This document shows positions 39,132-52,999 of a stretch of 64,000 bases of DNA, piece after piece. How positions within the stretch are numbered: position 1 is the first letter of the stretch; the number at the start of each line of letters is the position of its first letter. Under the pieces are notes generated by a model. That model was not told the DNA's origin. It was given only the letters and a program-made list of their open reading frames with translations, and did no database searches. The position numbers and the translations under genes were made by a program. Origin of the DNA: Octopus vulgaris (Eukaryota). The stretch lies in contig OX597815.1 in assembly GCA_951406725.2 (NCBI GenBank), forward strand, positions 115,320,001-115,384,000, in the 5' to 3' direction.

Positions 39132-41363
39132 CTATCAACAAAAAAGCTAAATCACAGGTTTTATTAGCCATTGCCACTTAGTCTGTGACTACTTATTTCA
39201 TGCATTACTGATTTTTAATTAATTTTTTAATTGAGGCATCTTAGTATTTATGTAGTATAAACTACAAAAACTGTTTAATATGCATGTTAACATTACAAAT
39301 ACAAAATTATTTAATGTAAAGCTTTGTACATTTTTAACATACTTGTGTACACTCAGACATGTAAAGACATTTGCTGTAGGAGTTGTTTAAAGAAAATTCA
39401 TTCTGCTTTAGATTATATGCATAAAAACAAATCAAGCTAGGCTCTTAATGATGTCATAGAATTGTCTGACACATGTTTCTGTGTAGTTATGCTTTATCAG
39501 TGACAGACATAACTCTAGCCCAATTGGACCTGCTGTTCCTATATGAAAACATCATCATCTTCGTTTAGCGTCCGCTTTCCATGCTAGCATGGGTTGGATG
39601 GTTCAACTGGGGTCTGGGAAGCCAGAAGGCTGCACCAGGCCCAGTCTGATCTGGCAATGTTTCTATGGCTGGATGCCCTTCCTAACGCCAACCATTCCGT
39701 GAGTGTAGTGGGTGCTTTTTACGTGTCACTGGCACAGGTGCCAGGCAAGGCTGGCAACGGCCACAATTGGATGGTGCTTTTTATGTGCCACCGGCACGAG
39801 GCCAGTTGGGGCGGTGCTGGCAACGGCCATGTTCAGATGGTTCTCTTACTACCACCGGCACTGGTATCACAGCTGCAATTTCCATTGATGTTGATCGATT
39901 TTGATTTTGATTTTGATTTTGATTATATAAAATATATGTAAACAATAAAAATACATTTGCTGGCATGTGCAAAGCTTGTCAAACAGGTATTAACTTATTA
40001 TAAGCATACTAAGCAGTAGCAGCTTTATTGCATAAAGCTCTTTGTTACAGCTTTATCTTTTTGATGCATGAAAACAGAAAAATAGGAAATATTTATTCCT
40101 GTTAACTGAAGAAATTTTCTGAATTTTTTAGAATTAGTATGAATAATTTCTATGACAATACATTTTTCTTTTTTTTGTACTTCAAAATGTTTGTTAAAAT
40201 ATTTTGATTTATGATAACAAAAGTATATCATTTCTTGAAAATGGAACCTTTATAAAACAGTAAATGAATTTTCTCTGGAAAGCTAGGTCACAACTTACCT
40301 CATACTGTTTATAACATTTGGCATGCTTAACTATTGTAAGAGAAAAATTGGATATAAGAGGCATCAGATGTAGCAAGCAGGAGAGAAGACTGAGCTGGTA
40401 TGGTCATGTGATTCATATGGACAAGGACAGCTGCATAAAGAAGTGTCAATTTCTGACTGTGGAATGGACATATGAAAGAGGAGACCCAGGAAGACATGCT
40501 ACAATGTGATGAAATGTGATCTTCAGCTGTTGAATCTCACAGAGGTGATGACAAGTGACCAGGACTTCTAACAAATTGATGTGCTTGAGAAGATATATGG
40601 AGCTAAGTGAAATCGTCTTTATGGCTAGTGCCAGTGATGTGTGAATGGCACCCATGCCGATGACACATAAAAAGCATCTGCATTGGTGACATGTAAAAGG
40701 CACCCGGTACACTTTGTGGAGTGGTTGGCATTAGGAAGGGTGTCCAGCAGTAGAGACCAAGCCAAAACAGATTGGAGCCTGGTGCAGCTCTCTGGCATAC
40801 CATTTCCAGTCAAACCACCTAACTCATGCCAGCATGGAAAACAGACATTAAAGGATGATAATGATAATGATGATGATGGTGGTGATGTTGATGGTGATAA
40901 TGATGATGATGTTGAATTTTACATCCCTTGACATTGTAATTTTTCTTAAAATCCTTTATATTTGAATAAACTAATGTCCATAGATCATTATCTGGATTTT
41001 AAAAAGGAAGTAGCTCTGAATGAATTATATTTTAAATTTATTTTCCATTTCCCCCATATAATGCTTGTATAATGAATTATCAGCAGTAAATACTTTTCTT
41101 CAGCAAACAATCAATTTGGAAAAACAAATTGTAAATGGACAATTTATGTGAATAAGACAGTTACCTGAATGGAAGTACTAGAATTAGGAAATTGTTACTG
41201 AATTTTACTACTGGTATATACTATTTCTATCACAAAATTGCATGAAATAACTGAAGCTAAATATAGCAATATTTCTCTTAAATATTTTGTGATATTTGGG
41301 TTCTTCATAAGTGCTTATCAAATAAGTAGGAAGTTAATAAAAGGCTGAAATGTTTAAAGATTT

Positions 41364-41405
<42 letters not shown>

Positions 41406-42295
41406 CATACACACACACATATATAAACAATAACACAGATGAGTTGTGGTTCCCTACAGCTGTTTCAGATGTGTTCTTTATTGTTGAACAAAAGTGGTCC
41501 TTCATGCAAAAAATCATTTTCTCCAGGTAAAAAGAGAAAATCAAATACATCAAATTTCTCACAAAATAGAACATAGTGCAAGATGACCCAGCCAATCAGG
41601 TTACAGCTGAAGCTATTACTAAATTCATATTAATGAACTTGTTATAGGGACAGAAGTAAGTAGGGGGGAAAAGCAGAAAGAAAGAGATTGAGGGAGGAAA
41701 GAAATGACGAATAGAGGGGAAAGTATAAGAAAGTTTCCCATCTTGCACTATGTTCTATTTTGTGGGAAAGTCAATGTTAGATTTTCTTTTTTCACCTGAT
41801 GCAACACTTTTGTTCATCAATAAAGAATCTTTTGCTGTAGTGAACTGTAACCCATCTGTGTTATTGTTTATTCTTCACCTAACTTGGAAACTTCTATACA
41901 TTTGGATCTGGAGTTTATAGTTGATGAATGACTTTGATGACATGTGTATTCTGTCAGTACTTGTGGATGTGAACATAACTGGAAGGACAAATACAGATTT
42001 ACTTTCGTAAGTATGTATATGCCAATACACATTGTTGGTACACAAATGCGCTATCTCCAACCCTACTTCGGTGCTTTTACTATTTATATACCTAATTTTT
42101 CTATCAAATCCAAAAAATTTTATTATATATATATATATGGAGTGGCTGTGTGGTAAGTAGCTTACTTACCAACCACATGGTTCCGGGTTCAGTCTCACTG
42201 CATGGCATCTTGTGCAAGTGTATTCTACTATAGCCTTGAGTCTACCAAAGCCTTGCAAGTGGATTTGGCTGATGGAAACTGAAAGAAGCCCATCG

Positions 42296-42326
<31 letters not shown>

Positions 42327-42554
42327 ATATGTTTGCATGTCTGTCTTTGTCCCCCCAACATCACTTGAGAACCGATGCTGGTGTGTTTACATACCAGTAA
42401 TGTAGTGGTTGGGCAAAAGAGACCAATAGAATAAGTACTAGACTTACAAAGAATAAGTCCTGAGGTCGATTTGCTCAACTAAAGGCAGTGCTCTAGCATG
42501 GTCGCATTCAAATAACTGAAACAAGTAAAAAAGAATATATATATATATATGTGA

Positions 42555-43360
42555 CTGTGCTGGTATGGTCATGTGTTGCAAATGGATGAGGACAGCTAAG
42601 TGAAAAAGTGTCACACCCTAGCAGTTGAGGGAACCTGTGGAAGAGGTAGACCCAGGAACACCTGGGATGAGGTAGTGAAGCACAACCTTCGAACAATGGG
42701 CCTCACCGAGGCAATGACTAGTGACCAAGACCTTTGGAGATATGCTGTGTTTAAGAAGACCTGACTAGCCAAGTGAGACCATAACCTGTAGCCTATGCCA
42801 GTGGTGTATAACCAGCCCACTTATGAGTACCCTTCGTTCATTGGACAATAAACTTTGCTTGCGAAGACCTGTTGAGGCAAGTGAAATCAAAATCACTGAT
42901 GTGGCTGTTGACAGTACTGCCTGATTAGCACTCATGCCAGCGGAACGTTAAAAGCACCATCCGAGTGTGATCGTTGCTAGAGCCACTGACTGACTCCCAT
43001 ACCAGTGGCACGTAAAAAGCACTATTCGAGCCTGATCATTGCCAGTGGCATGGGAAAAACATTTGAGCATAGTCATGGCCAGTGCTGCAGGACTAGCTTC
43101 CATGCAGGTGGCACGTAAAAAACACTTTTGGAGCATGGTCATTGCCAGTACCGCCTGACTAGCCCTCGTGCCAGTGGCACATAAAAAGCCCCACTACTCT
43201 CTTGGAGTGGTTGGCATTAGGAAGGGCATCCAGCTGTAGAAACTTCGCCAGATCAGATTGGAGCTTGGTGCAGCCTTCTGGCTTACCAGTCTTCAGACAA
43301 ACTGTCCAACCCATGCCAGCATGGAATGCAGATGTTAAACGATGATGATGATAATGATGA
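42555..43360 (+). mobile_element. RTE 3' portion with expanded GCCAGTGGCACGTAAAAAGCACC-type repeats
   Basis: WYGHV..GTCGRGRPRNTWDEVV, tandem 3'-UTR motifs and (GAT)n. Further copies near 39550(-), 40330, 44380, 44750, 58620(-), 59570, 62350(-). Confidence 0.85.
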
Positions 43361-44202
43361 TATATATGTACCTACATATTTCACTCACCCAACCCCCAAC
43401 AATCCAAACTACATCTCTACATCTGTTCTTTTCCTCACATTTCCTCTTTCATATACTATGCTTACCTCCCACTCCCCAATCCTGTCCTCTTGGCCCTGTT
43501 TCACTGTATCATTGTTATCCTCTAGCCCCCAACCTGTGTGTTCCACCCACGCACGATGCTTACCTCTCACTCTCCAATCCTGTCTTCATGGTCCTGTTTT
43601 TTTGCATCATTGCTATCTGGTAGGCCCACACCCACTCTATATACCCAAGTTTTCACCACTCACTGCATTCTCCTCCCCTCTCTCTAATCACACTTCTTTG
43701 GCAATGTCCTGCCACTTACAAGGCAGCTAGCTGGCAGAAACATTAGCACGCTGGATGAAATGCTTAGCAGTATTTTGTCTTTCTTTATGTCCTGAGTTCA
43801 AATTCTGCCGAGGCTAACTTTGCCTTTCATCCTTTTGGGGTCAATAAAATAAGTACCAGTTGTGTACTGGGGTCAATCTAATTGACTGGACTTCTCCCAA
43901 AAAATTTCGGGCCTTATGCCTAGAGTAGAAAAGAATGACCTACCATTTATATTATAACTTTCGAACCTCAAGGGTATGCCTTGGCACTGACCACCAATTA
44001 TATCTCTCTCTTCCTTTACTCGCCCATCCATCCCATTTATATTCTGATCCCCATCCCTTGTGAGTATACCCAACACTTTGCCAACGTCTCTATCCTGCAG
44101 TCTCCCACCCTTTCTATCCTTCTCCTGCTCTTCCCTCAGGTTGGGTAACCATGTATTTCTTTTATAGCAGCACACCTGATTCTATCCTCATTCCTGCTCT
44201 CA

Positions 44203-44245
<43 letters not shown>

Positions 44246-44685
44246 GCCAGGTAGCCTTGTACCTCCTCTAAAGCAAGACACCTGTTTCTGTATCTCTATC
44301 TCACTATAACTTTTCATCATCTGACACAAGATCATCTCCTCCAATGCCCCCCTCCCCTCTTAAAAGATTTTTGCCTTGCAAGTTACTTGATGACCCTGTC
44401 AGTGCAGGTGCCACTTAAAAAGCATCCAGTCTACAGTGAAGTGGTTGACGTTTGGAAGGGCATCCAGCAGTAAAAATGTTGCCAAAACTGACCGCACCTG
44501 TGCTTGTGCCATGTAAAAAGCAATAAGTCCATTATTGTTGGTGGTTAGTGTTAGGAAGGGCATCCGGCTGTAAAAATCCTACCAAAACAGACACAGAAGT
44601 CTGGTGCAGGCTTCTGCCTGGCCAGATCCTGTCAAATTGTCCCACCCATGACAACATGGAAAGCAGACATTAAATGATGATGATG

Positions 44686-44730
<45 letters not shown>

Positions 44731-45301
44731 TACATATATATATGCCAGGCCTGTCTTACTGGCTTCTGTGCCAGTGGCATGTAAAAAGCACCCACTACAT
44801 TCTCGGAGTGGTTGACGTTAGGAAGGGCATCCAGCTGTAGAAACTCTGCCAGACCAGACTGAAGCCTGGTGCAGCCGCTGGCTCTCCAGACCTCAGTCAA
44901 AAAACCATCCAACCCATGCCAGCATGGAAAACGGACATTAATCAATGATGATGATGATGATATACTTATATTGAGGCTAAATGAAGCATTTAACTAAATG
45001 ATTATATATTTTCTCTTTTCACATATCTGAAAATTGATATAACTATATGACTAATTTTATCTTTAAAGGCATCTTGTAACTCATTCACTCTCCCACACAC
45101 GCGCACATAAGTATATTTGTATGACATGTGTGCTTCTCTTGGACTCTGCTTCTTCCCCACTCTTCCTTCTCTCTGGACTTCTTTTTTTCTTTCCGATGAA
45201 GAGCCATCCCCGAAACGTCACTCCTACTTTCCCTGAACGTCAACCTAATATATCCACTGTGTACGGCCCACTGACTTTTGTTGTTTTTTCAAGTTTTTCA
45301 G

Positions 45302-45371
<70 letters not shown>

Positions 45372-45416
45372 TATATATATATATGCACACACATACATAC
45401 ATATTTGTATGCGTAC

Positions 45417-46110
45417 ATATTAGGTAATATTCTTTTAGTGCGCTCCGTAGACAGTGCGTGGAATATTTTTTCGATCGATCATCATGCATCAGGAGATGGA
45501 TGGGGTGCTAAACAACCAGCCAAGGTCTCTTTTTCTATCTGTCTTTCTATTCATTCCAATCGGATAGTCAGTCAGTCAGTCATTCTGCCAGTTAAATTGG
45601 CAGTTGTTGGTTGCTGCTGCAATATAAATTTTCTTTCCCGCTTTCGTATCAAAATAATTGGTTACGACATTGAAACAGTACTAAGCTGCTTGCAGAACCA
45701 ACTGTTTATACGCTTCAATGGCGGCATCGTTATTACCATCGTCATCCACAATAATATTGATATTACTTTTCATCATCTATTAACGTGTTCTCATCTACCT
45801 TAACTACTAACTAAGAACAAAAAGCAAGTTTTTCTCTACAAAATATCAGCACTATAATTTTCTGTTTGTTGTCATGTCCATCATATAAACTGACGAACTG
45901 CTTTCGTTTTTCTAGGGTTTCATTTTCATCTCTGTGAATGACAACATGTAGATGTTGTCTAGTGGTAGCTAATATTAACAGAACAAGATAAATAATCGGT
46001 TTTGTAGCTAGTTCACTGACATCCATCAGAACAATTCTAATACTGCGAATGAGACTAAGATATCGGCTGCTGCTTCTTGCCATTTTGTCTACTTCCTTAT
46101 TCTACGGCCG
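45417..46110 (-). other. Candidate first exon of a divergent minus-strand transcript
   Basis: Non-repetitive and CpG-retaining. GGAAGTAGACAAAATGGC opens a 90-aa ORF (46083-45811). A second ATG at 45489 gives MHDDRSKKYSTHCLRSALKEYYLI before a weak GTACGC donor. Confidence 0.3.
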
Positions 46111-46725
46111 CAGCAACAGTTCTTGTGTATGTATGTGTGCATGTATGTATGTGTGCATGTATGTAATATGAGTGCGTGCCAAGCTTATTATTGCTCCCAC
46201 TTCCAGTTTTCAACTTTCTATTAGCGTTAGAAGGAAGAATTTAGCAAGTGATAAAAAACAAGGTGGATGGTTACTTCTCAGCGATATCAAATCTATGCAA
46301 ATTGACCGTAGTTTTGCGGAAAATAAATAAACAGAACGAGTAACAACAAAAGGCGTTGTTTAACGTAACAAATTTTCCATATAATTTTTCAATCGGGAAC
46401 CACCACCACCACCACCGCCGCCGCCACCACTGCTACCTCCACCACCATCACCATAACATCAAATCAACAGTTCCAACCGTTTATATAACAAATGCGCTAC
46501 ACACCCTGACATCAGATGTATTTCCTAAATCTCAATTCCGTATTTTCTTCTGGCGAATTCTTCGGGAACCTATTAACAACAAGTCTTTGATTAACGATGT
46601 CGACTCGAAAGAAACGTTGGATAATTTCTATATATTCCCTTCGTGTGTTCTATTAGTAGTTAAATGTCTAAGTAATGGCACCACAGACATCATCGGTCAG
46701 TTGGCCATAGGGTGCCATTCTGTCA

Positions 46726-46787
<62 letters not shown>

Positions 46788-46802
46788 GAAATAGTGTGAA
46801 AA
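46090..46802. promoter_or_regulatory. Putative promoter/5' UTR of UNC80, possibly bidirectional
   Basis: No recognisable TE, more CpG than the flanks, (CAC/CGC)n tract at about 46400-46455, and (TA)n ending about 20 nt before the ATG. Confidence 0.55.
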
Positions 46803-46888
46803 ATGCCTAAACGAAAGTTTGGAAATGGCGTGGACTATGATCATTCCATACCTTTGCCCATTCAGTCCTTCTTCTGGCGCCAGACAAG
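46803..46888 (+). CDS. UNC80: Protein unc-80 homolog, coding exon 1
   Basis: ATG...AG|GTAAGT encodes MPKRKFGNGVDYDHSIPLPIQSFFWRQT(S). This matches the recalled vertebrate N-terminus MVKRKS...GIPLPIQTFLWRQTS. Phase-2 intron. Confidence 0.93.
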
Positions 46889-46936
46889 GTAAGTTGACTT
46901 TCACCTGTAATTTTCACACGCACTTAGATTGTATGT

Positions 46937-46989
<53 letters not shown>

Positions 46990-48991
46990 ATGTATGTATG
47001 TATGTATGTATGTATGTATGTATGTATGCATGTATGTATGCATGTATGTATGCATGCATGCATGTATGCATGTATGTATGTATCTATGCAGTATGTATGT
47101 ATTGACGTGTGTGTGTGTGTATGTGTGTATTTCACTTTCACTTCAATTGTTTTAAAGAATTTATCTGCTAGAAAACCACGCAATTTGACCAGCAAGAGTT
47201 ACCAAAACTACAAGCCCACCCCTTCCACTACTAAGACAACCACGCCATTCCATAATTTAGCCTAATTCTAATTGATACATTTCAGACCATTTACATACCT
47301 TAAGAAACCAACCTGCAGCTTCGACTTAAAACTGTCTAAAAGCTTTCCCTACATTCTGACATTGCACTGTCTCGTGAAGAGATTTCATAATTTTCCTGTC
47401 CCCACCACCCTTTTCGCAAAGTATCTATCTATCTATCTATCTATCAATCAAAAAGAGTGTGTGTGTGTATATACAGAGAGAACAGCTACTCTTATATTGT
47501 TTAGTATCCCGTGTCTGCTTCTTTTGTTCTTATAGATTAAATAAAAAATGCTGCTATTTAATTTGTATAAAGATACATCTAATGCATAATAACACCTCCG
47601 CATATACATTAAACGCGGAAGAATCGTAGCAATCTATACACTTCTCCATTCAAACGTAATTCGTAATACGAAATTTATTTCCCATCCACCTTTTATCAAT
47701 GAACTCATCGAACCGCTTAAGTTTGTTACCATTAAAAGACTACGAATTATATTTTGCTCCCAGGTGTTCTATCTATTCCGTAATATTGAAAAGTTCAGGA
47801 AATTTTTTATACTGACAATGTGTTTATAATGCTCTTACTTTTTTCTCTTTCACCTTTCTCGTAATTCTTCATGTTTATTTGTAATTCTAATTAAATTTAG
47901 TCAGTATATCTGGAAATAATAATAAATAGACTCGTTAGTGAATATCCAATACATTGTACATATTTATTTACGTACGATAATGATGTATATACAGATATAA
48001 CTATATGTGTATATACACAGTTACTCATTAGTATGTACTTGATTTTAGAATATACATGCACTCTTATATATGAATATGTGTGTACTCGGATATATATTTA
48101 ATTTCAACTTTTACATTGATATTTCTCATCTGAATGAATTAACAAAGATTTGCAAATTCATGCGTTTCCATGTGTTCTCCAGAAACGAACCTTTAAAAGT
48201 TGAATAACCTTCTCGTGTACTAACTCTAATTATAAAGGAATTCGATGTTTCTTTTCCTGTTTGGCAGTCAGATGTAATTTATCTTCTCCAAGGTTTAATG
48301 CATTTCCTGGCAAGTTAAAACGACATATATGTATATTGGTTTTTCTTTTTTCTTCTTCCTTACTTTTAAATTCCCCCGACTTTCTTCGAAATCTCTCATT
48401 GAAATTTAGACAGTAATATGTCTATAAATTTCAAAAAAAAAAAAAAAAAAGAGTAAGAGACAGCCATCAGGATATCTTATAAAAGAAATATTAAAATATT
48501 CTTGATCCAGAATCTTATAGAAAGTGCCATGTTTATGTAAAGGACACATGCTATAAGCTTTAGAAATATCTTTCATATTTTTACCATTTACTTACAGATC
48601 TTTACCCTGCATTATGTTTGTTGTCTTACAATCTAGCCTTTTAAGGTGACTAATTAAACATTTGGTCTCATTAAAAAAAAGGACACAAGCAATTAATTAT
48701 GGATAAAAATACGAGCTTATTTAATTTGAGTTTGAAACCTAGGGTCTGCTGTAACTGCACTTTTGCAGATTCTTCTACTATTCTACTTGTTTCAGTCATT
48801 TAACTGCAGCCATGCTGGAGCACTGCCTTTACTCAAACAAATCGACCCCAGGACTTATTCTATTGGTCTCTTTTGCCAAACCGCTAGATTACGGGGACGT
48901 CAACACACCAACATCAGTTGTCAAGCGATGGTGGGAGGACAAACACAGACACACACACATACACACACACACACACACACACATACATGCA

Positions 48992-49029
<38 letters not shown>

Positions 49030-52000
49030 TATATGTGTGTATATATTTGTATATATATATATATATATGTGTATATATTTGTATATATATATATATATAT
49101 ATATGTGTATATATTTGTATATATATATATATATATATATATGTGTATATATTTGTATATATATATATATATATGTGTGTATATATATGTATATATTTGT
49201 ATATATATATATATATATGTGTGTGTATATATATATATACAACAGGTTTCTTTCAGTTTCCGTCCACCAATTCCATTCACAAGGCTTTGGTCAGCCCAAG
49301 GCTATATTAGAAGACACTTGCCCAAGGTGCTATGCAAGCTTCTTACCGCACAGCCACTCATTTGTTATATTTCAAACACAACTCCCATCACTATACAATT
49401 TTTTTCTTTTATATCTTCAATGATTATGTCAGGGATTTTGTGCTTGCATTAGATGAAAAGTTGGATCAGATATATTCCAATTTGCTTTATATTAAAATGC
49501 TGATTATAATAGTATTTTCAACCCACTATATCCATCTTTGCTATGTATGTTGGTTTGGCAATAACATTCAAGGCTTAATAAGAAGATAATATGTTACTAA
49601 TATAACTTATAGGCATTATGTCCTTCACACAAACATGGCACAAATGTCATTTTCTATTATATAGGTACCACAATATCTTTTATAAAATATTCATTCAAAA
49701 TATGACATCTATATATGAACATACTCATGCATAGTCATCACCCACAAGTGAGTGTGATACCCTTGTGTTCCTCCCATCCTTGACCCAGTGGAATATCAAG
49801 AATGTGATAGCTTTTATCTTTTCCTTGTTTCAGTCATTAGACTGCAGCCATCCTGGGGCACTGCCTTGAACAATTTTTAGTTGAGTGAATCAACCCCAGT
49901 ACTTATTTTTTAAAGTCTAGTACTTATTCTATTGAACTTTTTTGCCAAACCTCTAAGTTACAGAAACTCAAACAGACCAACACTGGTTGTCATGCAGTGG
50001 TAGGGAGCAAACACAGCTGCAAAGACACACACATTGATATACATCTATAACAGGCTTCCACTTTCCGTCTACCAAATTCACTCACAAGGCTTTGGTTGGC
50101 GCGAAGCTATAGTAGAAGATACTTGCCCAAGATGCCATGCAGTAGGACTGAACCTGGAGCCATGTAACTAGAAAACAAATGTCTTACCCCACAGCCATGC
50201 CTGATGGCTGTGCTAGCTCTCAGATGATACTCAATTTCAGCTGTGTAGACTTTCACAACATACCACCTAATCTAGGAAACAAACCCACAAGCCTGCGATA
50301 ATGAAGCCAACAGCAACATCCTAACCTCTTGATAATGCACCTTTACCTATATGTATATACATTTGTAAACACAGATAGAGATGTTTAAAAACCAGATATC
50401 AGGTTTTACTTAAAATTATATGAATACTAATTTCATTATAAACTCCTCTTCCACTCTAAGTAACAAAAATAAGCCACCAAAGTTTCCATAAATACTGGCA
50501 TTTAGCTTTAATTTCATGGATTTAATAGGCTGCAAAATAAATCACTCACTAAACAGGACAACAGTCAGTTTCCCGTGATATTCCTTGAAGATTTGATACT
50601 TATTCTCTACATGTAAAGGCCTGATGATTGGGTGGATAAGATCTTGAAGTACTTGCAAATTAGTTGCAAGTTTAAATCTTGCTGCAGGCATTCCATTTTA
50701 GTTCAAAGTAGAACACTTTATTCTACATTACCTCAGTTCACCTGTCAGCAATAAATATATGGGAGTAGCTAGGAGATAAAAAGAATATTTATTTCTCCTT
50801 CACTTCATTCCTTTGTGGGCTCACTCATCCTGCTAAAAATAGCATTCAAAACTCATTCATGTCACAACTTACATGTTAAAATAAAGTAGATATGCTGAAT
50901 AATTCTTTGAAGATCTGATGCCTATTCCTTATATATTGGGGTTAGATGATTAAGTAGATATGATATTGGACTACTTGCTCATTGTTTGAGAGTTTAATTC
51001 TCATGCAGGCACTTATTTTGTTTCTGGACAGAAGACTACCTCAGTTCATCTATCACAAATAGGTACCAAATCATCTTGGAATATTATCTATGACAAATTA
51101 CTGTCCTTTCTTAGCAAGAGTGGAGATAGAGAAAAGATGCATCTCTTCATTCCTTGCCTTTGTGGCTCTAAGAAAAGCACCCAAATCTCTTTCATATTAC
51201 ATTCTATTGTAATGTTTGTCTGATCTTTTTGACTATCACTCCTCTTTCCCTTCTTTCTTTTGCTAACACTCTTTTAATACTCTTTTGCAGCCAACTAATT
51301 CATCGCTGTTAAAAGAGCACTTGCACATAAGTCATTTCATCAATATAAGATGATTCAAGGTGACAGAACTGTTAGCATGCCAGGCAAAATCCTTAACCGC
51401 ATTTCATTCATTTGTACATTATGAGTTCAACATCTGCGAGGGCTCAACTTTGCCTGTCATCCTTTTTTGTGAGGGGCGGGGGGGGGGTATTGAAATAAAT
51501 ACCAGTTAAGCACAGGGGTTGATTTAATTGATGTAGCCCCTCCCCCAAAACTGCTGGCCTTGTGCCAAATTCTGAACCCAATATCAGATGATTCATACAT
51601 ATAAAACAAATTGAAAATATTTTTGAAAATTTGTGTAATTAAAAGATGTATCTATTGAAGGTGCATGGCTTAGTGGTTAGGGTAATTGGCTCATGATCAT
51701 AGGGCATAAGTTTGATTCTTGGCAACACATTGTGTCCTTGAGCAAGACACTTTATTTCACATTGCTCCAGTCCATTCAGCTGACAAAAATGAGTAGTACC
51801 TGTATTTCAAAGGGCCAGCCTCGTCACACTGTGGCACACTGAATCTTCTTGAGAACTATGTTAAGGGTACACATATCTGTGGAGTGTTCCACCATTTCAT
51901 GTTAACTTCATGGGAAGGTTGTTCCATTGATCAGATCAACTGGAACCCTCACTGTTGTAACCAACAGAGTGCCAAGTTTATTGCCCTTCCTCTTCCATCT

Positions 52001-52344
52001 TGTCCCCACTAACCATTTAAAATTACACTCCTCAGCATTCAGTACTACCCACTTTGAGAAGCACTGCTTTACTGTCTTTAAAAAAAGATATGTATGGGAT
52101 AAGGTAGCCTTAGATACATTAGCTTTTATCTTTTATTTGTTTCAATCAGTGAACTGCAGCCACGCTGGAGCACTGCCTTGAAGGGTTTAGTTGAACAAAT
52201 CAAGCCCAGTACTTTGATTTTCATTTCTAAGTCTGGTACTTATGTTACTGATCCTTTTTGTTAAACTGTTAAATTATGGCGATGTAAACAAACCAACACT
52301 AGCTGTCAAATGATGGGTGATAGGGACAAATAATATAAATATAT

Positions 52345-52590
52345 ATTAGAAAAAAACCACCATTTATCAATTCAAAATGAAAAATTAAATTACACCATCT
52401 AGAAAATTACATATAATAGAAAGATTAAATATATAGGATAAAAAATATAACGATGATTAAGTAATCTTGTTACTTAATCATCATTATATTTTTTATCCTA
52501 TATATTTAATCTTTCTATTATATGTAATTTTCTAGATGGTGTAATTTAATTTTTCATTTTGAATTGATAAAAGGTGTTTTTTTCTCATTT
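52345..52590. repeat. Near-perfect palindrome with ~115-bp arms
   Basis: ...GATGATTAAGTAA-TCTTG-TTACTTAATCATC..., complementary out to AGAAAAAAAC/GTTTTTTTCT. Confidence 0.9.
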
Positions 52591-52699
52591 ATATATATAT
52601 ATTATATTTTGTGAAATTTGATTTAGTATTTCTAAATTGAATTTTTCCCTGTAAGTTTGGAATAATATTCCCTCATATTATTTATATATATATATATAT

Positions 52700-52928
52700 A
52701 TGGTTGGCCAAAAGTCACCCAATAGTAAATCAAAATTCCATAAATACTTAATATTCAATTTTATTTATTCCTTTGGAAAAATGGTGTCGCACAAGGACTT
52801 CAGTTTGAACAATTTTCATATTTCATATTTAGATGCTTTTATTAAATTCATTCAGTTGTTAAACATAAATAAATCTTGGAATTAAATGGTTTTGATTTAC
52901 TGTCAGGTGACTTTTGGTTAACCCTGCA
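52700..52928. mobile_element. Tc1/mariner-type MITE
   Basis: TIRs GGTTGGCCAAAAGTCACCCAATAGTAAATCAAAA / TTTTGATTTACTGTCAGGTGACTTTTGGTTAACC. Confidence 0.75.
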
Positions 52929-52958
52929 TATACATGCATACATACATACATACATACA

Positions 52959-52989
<31 letters not shown>

Positions 52990-52999
52990 GCATATATGG

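Noticed and set aside
40290-41975. Isolated minus-strand splice-like signals (donor near 40298, acceptor near 41970)
   Set aside because: They lack convincing partner sites or a recognisable peptide, and are expected by chance.
46819-47265. ORF-track frame MEMAWTMIIPYL...
   Set aside because: This is the wrong frame; the UNC80 frame starts at 46803 and splices at 46888.
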